A stretch of DNA of 32,000 nucleotides, taken from Telmatocola sphagniphila. GTDB lineage: Bacteria > Planctomycetota > Planctomycetia > Gemmatales > Gemmataceae. The stretch spans positions 3,810,001-3,842,000 of the forward strand of contig NZ_CP074694.1 in NCBI RefSeq assembly GCF_018398935.1, written 5' to 3'. The translations under genes and the position numbers were made by a program. Under the pieces are notes generated by a model. That model saw nothing but the letters and a program-made list of their open reading frames with translations, did no database searches and was not told the origin of the DNA. Positions 26,555 through 32,000 of the stretch are shown piece after piece (the stretch's first letter is position 1; every line of letters starts with the position of its first letter).

Positions 26555-28390
26555 TCAGTTCGAAGCTTTCAGAAGCTTTCGTCGACGGAAACAGCCGAGG
26601 GCGCCCAGCAAACTTCCCCCCGCGAGGAGAACAGAAACCGGTTCAGGAACGGGAGTGACCGGAACCAACTCCACGTTGCTGCCGTTGGTGATAAATGTAC
26701 CACCGGTAGTGAAGCCCGAGAAGGCAACGGACGAAAGGAACGTGGACAGCGAAGAGTTCGCGGAACTCGCACTGCTGTAGCCCGTGAAGATCAACTCTCC
26801 GGAAGTTCCCGAGGAGCCTGCCGAACCGGTCCAGCCGGTGATCGACAAGGCTCCCGAGCCCGTAACAGTAGTGAATGTCAAGGTGTGGGAGCCGGTACCC
26901 AATGCGATCGTGGAAGCAGCACTGACAGTCAAGGCCCCGAGATTGTCGCTAAAGCCCGCCGTGGCACCGCTACTCAGTGTTCCGCCGTTGAGAGTGAGCC
27001 CACCGGCCGAGGGGACGGCATTGGCAATACCCAACTGGAGTACACCCCCCGAGATGGTGGTTCCACCTGTGTAAGTATTTGCTTTGGTCAATATCAGAGT
27101 GCCGGTGTTACCCGAAGCCAGGTTCAAGGCGATGTTATTGGTACCGACCACCACCCCAGAGGTGCCACTGTTCACCAGACCGATAAGACCACCGAAGGTC
27201 GTGCTGGCCGAACCGTTGATGGTTAACGTGACCACGCTCGATTGCGAATTGGTAATACCGGTCGCCGCACCGATCACAGCTCCATTAGAGGTGTTGGTAG
27301 CGAGCGAAGCAATCGTAACCGAGTTTCCGTTGAGATCCAACGGTGCGATCCCGTTCGTGCTGGAAACGAAATTCCCGAAAACCAAGGCTGTGGTGGAAGG
27401 CAGGGCGGTGCTGGACCCCAGGAGCAGTGCACCAGAAGTACCGGTCAAGTCAATCACGGTTTTGCCTGTATAGGTATTGTTCCCCGACAGCAAAACTTCC
27501 CCGGCACCGCCCCCGGCCGTTAAGCTGTTGGTAATGTACACATCACCGCTACCAGAAATATTTCCGCTAATAATCAGGGCGTCGTTCGTCGCAAAGGAGC
27601 TTGCCGCGGCGGAGGGCTTGGTGGCACCAAAAGCGATCTGAAAACTGGACAGATTATTGGGATTCAGAACGAGATTATTCGCAATGGTGGAGTGCAAAAC
27701 ACCCGAAGTCGGCTTAGGTACTGTTAAGACCGTGCCGCTGGTGGCAATTGTGATCGCGCCTGTTCCGGTGATCGAATTGGCATTACCGAGGGTCAAAGTC
27801 AAATTTTCACCCGATAGCGTTAAACCGCTATTAAAGGTGTTCGCACCATTCAGCGTGTAAGTTACTGCGGTGGCGGCATTCCCCGAGGTTAATGCACTAC
27901 CACTGAGGAAGGAAACCTGTCCGCCCCAGGTATTCGTTCCTCCCAGCACATACCCAATCGCAGTGACGGTAGAGCCGGAATTCGCGTTGAAGGTTACTGC
28001 ACTGGCAGAGGACAAATTGAAGTTAATGGTCTCTGTTGCGGAAGTGCCCGATGAAACGTTTATGGAAAGGCTGGGAGTTCCAGTCAACGTCAGGGTACCC
28101 GTGCCGCTCAGTATGTATCCGGAGGTGGTAAAAACCAGTCCCGCGGCGGAGAGACTGCTATTCATCGTAACCGTACCGGCGGTTCCGCCGAAGGAAGCGA
28201 TCGTACTATTCCAGGTTGTAGCCGTGCTGCCGTTGTACCAGTCGGCCGTGGAGCCATCCCACGTGCCGGATCCGCCGCCGCCACTTGCGCCCCATTGAAG
28301 CTGAGCAAAACTGGTTTGCGGTAACAGGAAAATCGCGGCGCTCGCACAGAACCCACGAATTAGGTTGAGGCGTTTAGATCGGAAAATCAT
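26555..28390 (-). CDS. Surface protein with autotransporter-associated beta-strand (PATR) repeats and a PEP-CTERM sorting signal
   Basis: Signal peptide ...IFLLPQTSFAQ, GSGTWDGSTADWYNGS, and repeated G/T/S/N-rich units including GTLILTKANTYTGGTTISGGVLQLG. The C-terminus VPEPVSVLLAGGSLLGALGCFRRRK has the PEP motif, a TM helix and a basic tail. Confidence 0.85.
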   Translation of the reverse strand: MIFRSKRLNLIRGFCASAAIFLLPQTSFAQLQWGASGGGGSGTWDGSTADWYNGSTATTWNSTIASFGGTAGTVTMNSSLSAAGLVFTTSGYILSGTGTLTLTGTPSLSINVSSGTSATETINFNLSSASAVTFNANSGSTVTAIGYVLGGTNTWGGQVSFLSGSALTSGNAATAVTYTLNGANTFNSGLTLSGENLTLTLGNANSITGTGAITIATSGTVLTVPKPTSGVLHSTIANNLVLNPNNLSSFQIAFGATKPSAAASSFATNDALIISGNISGSGDVYITNSLTAGGGAGEVLLSGNNTYTGKTVIDLTGTSGALLLGSSTALPSTTALVFGNFVSSTNGIAPLDLNGNSVTIASLATNTSNGAVIGAATGITNSQSSVVTLTINGSASTTFGGLIGLVNSGTSGVVVGTNNIALNLASGNTGTLILTKANTYTGGTTISGGVLQLGIANAVPSAGGLTLNGGTLSSGATAGFSDNLGALTVSAASTIALGTGSHTLTFTTVTGSGALSITGWTGSAGSSGTSGELIFTGYSSASSANSSLSTFLSSVAFSGFTTGGTFITNGSNVELVPVTPVPEPVSVLLAGGSLLGALGCFRRRKLLKASN

Positions 28391-28637
28391 GTTGAATGCT
28401 CAGGAATGAATTTAACGAAAAAGAAGAGGTGATAAAAGGATAGGAATTTCATGTCTGAGCTGAATGAAGTTGAAATGAAGAAGCAAAGATCTTACTGTGT
28501 GAAAATAATGAAGCCTCATTCGTTTGATTATAAAACCTTACCAGTTATATCTTTAATGTGGTTTGTATCGAACCTTGGAAGGAAATATTCTGGCGTTTGA
28601 TTAAGTTATCACTTGCCAGGAGGTAATCGAATTATTC

Positions 28638-28957
28638 CTTGCGTGAAAAGGTGCGTTGCCGACATTATTACGGTATGACACCGGTCGCCAAATATCTTCG
28701 AACGCTCGTCCCCGAGTTTCACGCCCGAACTGACGGCGAACTCCTCACCGAGTTCCTGCTCCATCACGGCGAAGCACCCATTGTCGAGATTCTTCGCCGG
28801 CATGGAGATTGGATCTGGGCCACCTGCCGGCGCATGCTCAATCATGCTGACGCCGAAGACGCTTTCCAAGCTACTTTCCTGATCCTGACCCAAAGAGCTA
28901 GAAAACTGCAGCACTCCGCGAATATCGGACCCTGGCTGCACCGCGTCGCTTTCCTCA
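28638..28957 (+). repeat. Direct repeat copy 1 (leader plus first 94 codons of the ECF sigma gene)
   Basis: Aligns without gaps to 30041-30360 (offset 1403 nt), with 15 mismatches by hand alignment. Confidence 0.9.
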
Positions 28958-29979
28958 CCGCCAGAAACCTGCAGCGAAAACGCAAACACACGCCACTTTC
29001 TGAATCGATTCCCATTATTCAGCCGATCACCGATCTACAAATCGACCTCGATGAAGCCATCTGCTCCCTGCCGGAAAAATATCGGATTGCTATAGTTCTC
29101 TGTCATTTGCAAGGGTTTACTCGACCTGAAGCCTCCAAGCTACTCCAGATCTCCGAAAGAACACTTTCAGATCACCTCGCTCAAGGCTTAAAGAAACTGC
29201 GTATTCGCCTGGAAGACTATCAGCAGAATCAAGATGCCCTGCCCGATCAACTTTCGTCCAAAACAACCCGGCTACTCGTGGCTTTCCCCACGGCCTCCGC
29301 GCTCGCGGCCGTCTCCCCAACCGTGCTTTCCCTGACCCATGGAGTTCTCAAAATGTACTTCCTCAAAAAAATCGCCTTCGCCGGACTGCTGCTGGCTCTC
29401 TTCGGCACCGGCACTATCCTCACCGTCCACGCCAGGCAGGGAGATCAGAAACAAACGAAAGAGACACCGAATGAGGAAAAGTCGACCGCAAATAGTAAGG
29501 GAGAACTGGCGGCAACCCCTTATACGACTCCCTTCGAGAAAATAGTTGGAGGACAGGAAAGTGCAGAGAAAGTTCCTACTGCGGACGAAGAGGCGGAGAA
29601 GTCGAATTCGAAAAAACTTTTCCAGGATTCCGACACGGAATACGTAAAACTTTTGAAGTTACGGCTCGAGTGTGAAGCAAAGCATGTGGAATTGCTTTTT
29701 TCAAGGGTTCAGCTTGGGAAAGATCCGATTATTGTAATCGCCGCATCAAAGCAGCTTTGTGAAACAGGCATCGAACTCGAAGAATCCTTGAACAGCAAAA
29801 ATAGAACCAGCAACATTGTGAGGCACTATGAGGCATGGATCCGAAGAAACTATGAGTTAGAACGGCTAAGTAAAGTGTTAGTTGAGGCAGGTCTGCATAA
29901 TGAGAAAGAGTACTTGCAAGCAAAATCAGCGCGTCTGGAAGCCCAGATAGCGCTTGAGAAATTCAAGAGCCGGAACTGA
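28675..29979 (+). CDS. ECF sigma-70 family factor fused to a TM helix and a C-terminal coiled-coil extension
   Basis: Region 2 DAEDAFQATFLILTQRARKL...GPWLHRVAFLTARNLQRK and region 4 LPEKYRIAIVLCHLQGFTRPEASKLLQISERTLSDHLAQGLKKLR. These are followed by the TM helix KKIAFAGLLLALFGTGTILTV and ~180 aa of charged helical sequence. ATG 28675 is preferred over TTG 28639. Confidence 0.85.
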   Translation: MTPVAKYLRTLVPEFHARTDGELLTEFLLHHGEAPIVEILRRHGDWIWATCRRMLNHADAEDAFQATFLILTQRARKLQHSANIGPWLHRVAFLTARNLQRKRKHTPLSESIPIIQPITDLQIDLDEAICSLPEKYRIAIVLCHLQGFTRPEASKLLQISERTLSDHLAQGLKKLRIRLEDYQQNQDALPDQLSSKTTRLLVAFPTASALAAVSPTVLSLTHGVLKMYFLKKIAFAGLLLALFGTGTILTVHARQGDQKQTKETPNEEKSTANSKGELAATPYTTPFEKIVGGQESAEKVPTADEEAEKSNSKKLFQDSDTEYVKLLKLRLECEAKHVELLFSRVQLGKDPIIVIAASKQLCETGIELEESLNSKNRTSNIVRHYEAWIRRNYELERLSKVLVEAGLHNEKEYLQAKSARLEAQIALEKFKSRN

Positions 29980-30040
29980 GAGAAAACTAGCCTGCTTTTC
30001 ACGCTTCGAAAAAGCATAGAGATCAAAAACTTCAAATTCA

Positions 30041-30360
30041 CTTGCGCGAAACGGTCGGCTGCCGACATTATTACGGTATGACACCGGTCGCCAAATATCT
30101 CCGAACGCTCGTCCCCGAGTTTCACGCCCGAACTGACGGCGAACTGCTCACCGAGTTCCTGCTCCATCACGGCGAAGCACCCATTGTCGAGATTCTTCGC
30201 CGGCATGGAGATTGGATCTGGGCCACCTGCCGGCGCATGCTCAATCATGCCGATGCCGAAGATGCTTTCCAGGCTACTTTCCTGATCCTGACCCAAAGAG
30301 CTAGAAAACTGCAGCACTCCGCGAATATCGGCCCCTGGTTGCATCGTGTCGCTTTCCTCA
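30041..30360 (+). repeat. Direct repeat copy 2 of the sigma-gene 5' end
   Basis: See copy 1. Homology stops abruptly after codon 94. Confidence 0.9.
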
Positions 30361-30395
30361 TAGTAGCAAAAAATCCCAGACCGATTCCGGGCTAG
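30078..30395 (+). CDS. Truncated ECF sigma paralogue (region-2-only, 105 aa); either a gene fragment or a sigma2-only protein
   Basis: The first 94 aa are identical to the full-length sigma, then IVAKNPRPIPG*. All 10 nucleotide differences in the shared codons are synonymous. Confidence 0.5.
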   Translation: MTPVAKYLRTLVPEFHARTDGELLTEFLLHHGEAPIVEILRRHGDWIWATCRRMLNHADAEDAFQATFLILTQRARKLQHSANIGPWLHRVAFLIVAKNPRPIPG

Positions 30396-30510
30396 CCCCC
30401 AATCAAGCCAATCAAAGCTCTTTTCCCCCGACTATGTCGGACCCGAGAAAAGTTATTCATCGAAATGCCCTTTAGGGCAAAGATTAGGGGGTGTGGATAT
30501 CCGTGGAAAT

Positions 30511-30876
30511 TTACATTGGTTGATAGTCTTGGTTGGATGTGTCGTGAGATTGATCCGATTCCTGTTTCGGCACTCGATACACCCTATTGATCACCCGTGC
30601 TACGACGGCGCAAATCAAAACAATGCCACCCTCAATCACCATCCCTTCCCAATTGTTGGGATCTTTGAATAGAGGGTTCTGACGTTTTGCTGGGAACATT
30701 CCCAGAAAATAGAGTGTCAGTAAGCTCAGCGGAATCGGAAGCAAGCAGATCAGGCCGCCGATACGGGCGGGCCAACCCGAAACCGTGTGAACGGATCTTT
30801 TATTCGTGAGAATCTTGCCGGTGAACAAGGAATACAAACCCATAATAAGAAGCGCGACTTCGGCACCAAGAATCAT
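30511..30876 (-). CDS. Small integral membrane protein (3 predicted TM helices), unknown function
   Basis: Hydrophobic segments EVALLIMGLYSLF, IGGLICLLPIPLSLLTLYFLGMF and MVIEGGIVLICAVVARVI. Confidence 0.5.
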   Translation of the reverse strand: MILGAEVALLIMGLYSLFTGKILTNKRSVHTVSGWPARIGGLICLLPIPLSLLTLYFLGMFPAKRQNPLFKDPNNWEGMVIEGGIVLICAVVARVINRVYRVPKQESDQSHDTSNQDYQPM

Positions 30877-31079
30877 GGTTACCTATCCCCGATTCATTCG
30901 TAGGAAGCGTTAACGCGAAACTGCCAATGGAATGTTTTATAGCATATCACACCTCGCTTGGAAAAAGCAAAATTCAACTCAATTCGAACTTCACTCTGAC
31001 AAGCCCTTATCCGCTTGCCTCCTCGCCCCCTCCCAACGACAATTGCCTTATCGCCCGCACTTGAAGGAGTCTTCGAACT

Positions 31080-31937
31080 ATGTCAGAAGAAAATACGGGC
31101 TTGACCCTACCCATGAATCGACGGCAGTTTGCCATGACCACGCTGGCCGCCGGATTCGCTCTATCGACTCAGCCGGTCGCCGCTGAGACGATCACGACCG
31201 ATTCCGCGGGCCTCACTGCGGGCGAAGTCAAAATTCCAGTGAAAGACGGCACCATTCCCGCCTATCGGGCCCTACCGGAAAAAGGCGGCCCCTTCCCCAC
31301 CATTCTGGTAGTCCAGGAAATCTTCGGAGTTCACGAACACATCAAGGACGTCTGCCGACGGCTGGCTAAACTCGGCTATCTGGCTATCGCGGCGGAAATG
31401 TATGCCCGACAAGGGGATGTCTCCAAATTGCAGATGCAGGATATCATCAGCAAAGTGGTGTCAAAAGTTCCCGATGCTCAGGTGATGAGCGATCTGGATG
31501 CCGCCGTCGATTGGGCGAAAAAAAACAACGGCGACACTTCCAAACTCGGTATCACCGGGTTCTGCTGGGGAGGCCGGATCGTTTGGCTGTATGCCGCCCA
31601 CAATCCGAATCTCAAGGCGGGAGTGGCCTGGTACGGCCGTTTGGTCGGCGCAGGAAAAGCGAACGAATTGCAGCCGAAGCATCCGATCGATCTGGTGACC
31701 GAGCTGAAAGCGCCGGTGCTCGGCCTTTATGGAGAAAAGGACACGGGAATTCCCGTTAAGGATGTCGAGTCGATGAAAGCGGCCCTGAAAAAAGCCGATA
31801 AACCCTGCGAATTCGTGGTCTATCCCGATGCGCCGCATGCTTTCTTTGCGGACTATCGGCCGAGCTACCGCAAGGAACCGGCCGAGGATGGCTGGAAACG
31901 CCTGCAGGAATGGTTCAAGAAAAACGGCGTGGTGTGA
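31080..31937 (+). CDS. Dienelactone hydrolase family protein with a Tat-type signal
   Basis: Twin-arginine leader [24 protein letters not shown], nucleophile elbow GITGFCWGG, and C-terminal [15 protein letters not shown] lies upstream of the ATG. Confidence 0.85.
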   Translation: MSEENTGLTLPMNRRQFAMTTLAAGFALSTQPVAAETITTDSAGLTAGEVKIPVKDGTIPAYRALPEKGGPFPTILVVQEIFGVHEHIKDVCRRLAKLGYLAIAAEMYARQGDVSKLQMQDIISKVVSKVPDAQVMSDLDAAVDWAKKNNGDTSKLGITGFCWGGRIVWLYAAHNPNLKAGVAWYGRLVGAGKANELQPKHPIDLVTELKAPVLGLYGEKDTGIPVKDVESMKAALKKADKPCEFVVYPDAPHAFFADYRPSYRKEPAEDGWKRLQEWFKKNGVV

Positions 31938-32000
31938 GTGAAATGAATCTGTTTAAAGTCTTAAACTGAGACCGTGTACAAATGCGGTCTCACTCCTCCT

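Noticed and set aside
28540-28600. ECF-type promoter (GAACC ... CGTT) upstream of the sigma gene
   Set aside because: The spacing between GAAC and CGT is about 20 nt, longer than the usual 16-17. The motif is also absent upstream of the duplicated copy.
28609-30344. Minus-strand ORFs 28609-28989 and 29850-30344, duplicated like the sigma 5' end
   Set aside because: They are antisense to the sigma repeats. The silent differences of the sense frame become amino-acid changes in these frames (S/A, V/I, VS/IG), so selection acts on the sense strand.

Overview
This 32-kb chromosomal window looks planctomycetal, probably Gemmataceae-like. Accessory genes are interleaved with housekeeping genes. The accessory genes are three DUF1559/H-X9-DG pseudopilin-like genes, three paralogues with a TIGR02996-type N-terminal domain, a membrane-tethered ECF sigma factor and a PATR/PEP-CTERM surface protein. 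The housekeeping genes are the 3' part of nrdJ, a stand-alone EF-G, gltX, a PfkB kinase, thpR, tRNA-Arg(TCT), a 7Fe ferredoxin, a MaoC dehydratase and a dienelactone hydrolase. Composition is mosaic: hand counts of single 60-nt lines give 53-65% GC in housekeeping genes, 30-38% in accessory modules, and 10% in one tract. The ORF track hides four things. (i) An intact IS630-family element in a CTAG site splits an envelope gene whose halves rejoin in frame. (ii) A 320-bp duplication of the 5' end of the ECF sigma gene shares 94 codons that differ at 10 positions, all synonymous. (iii) Three TIGR02996 paralogues have conserved GC-rich ends and divergent AT-rich cores, and two of them share a nearly identical 51-nt 5' end. 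(iv) Four genes are interrupted by single-nucleotide frame offsets or an in-frame TAG. I saw no CRISPR array, rRNA, prophage or recognisable defence/toxin system. The most system-like unexplained units are the AT-rich four-gene envelope operon (2302-6718), the sigma/PATR locus (26555-30395) and the TIGR02996 array. All functional calls rest on motif recognition by eye; no searches were run.
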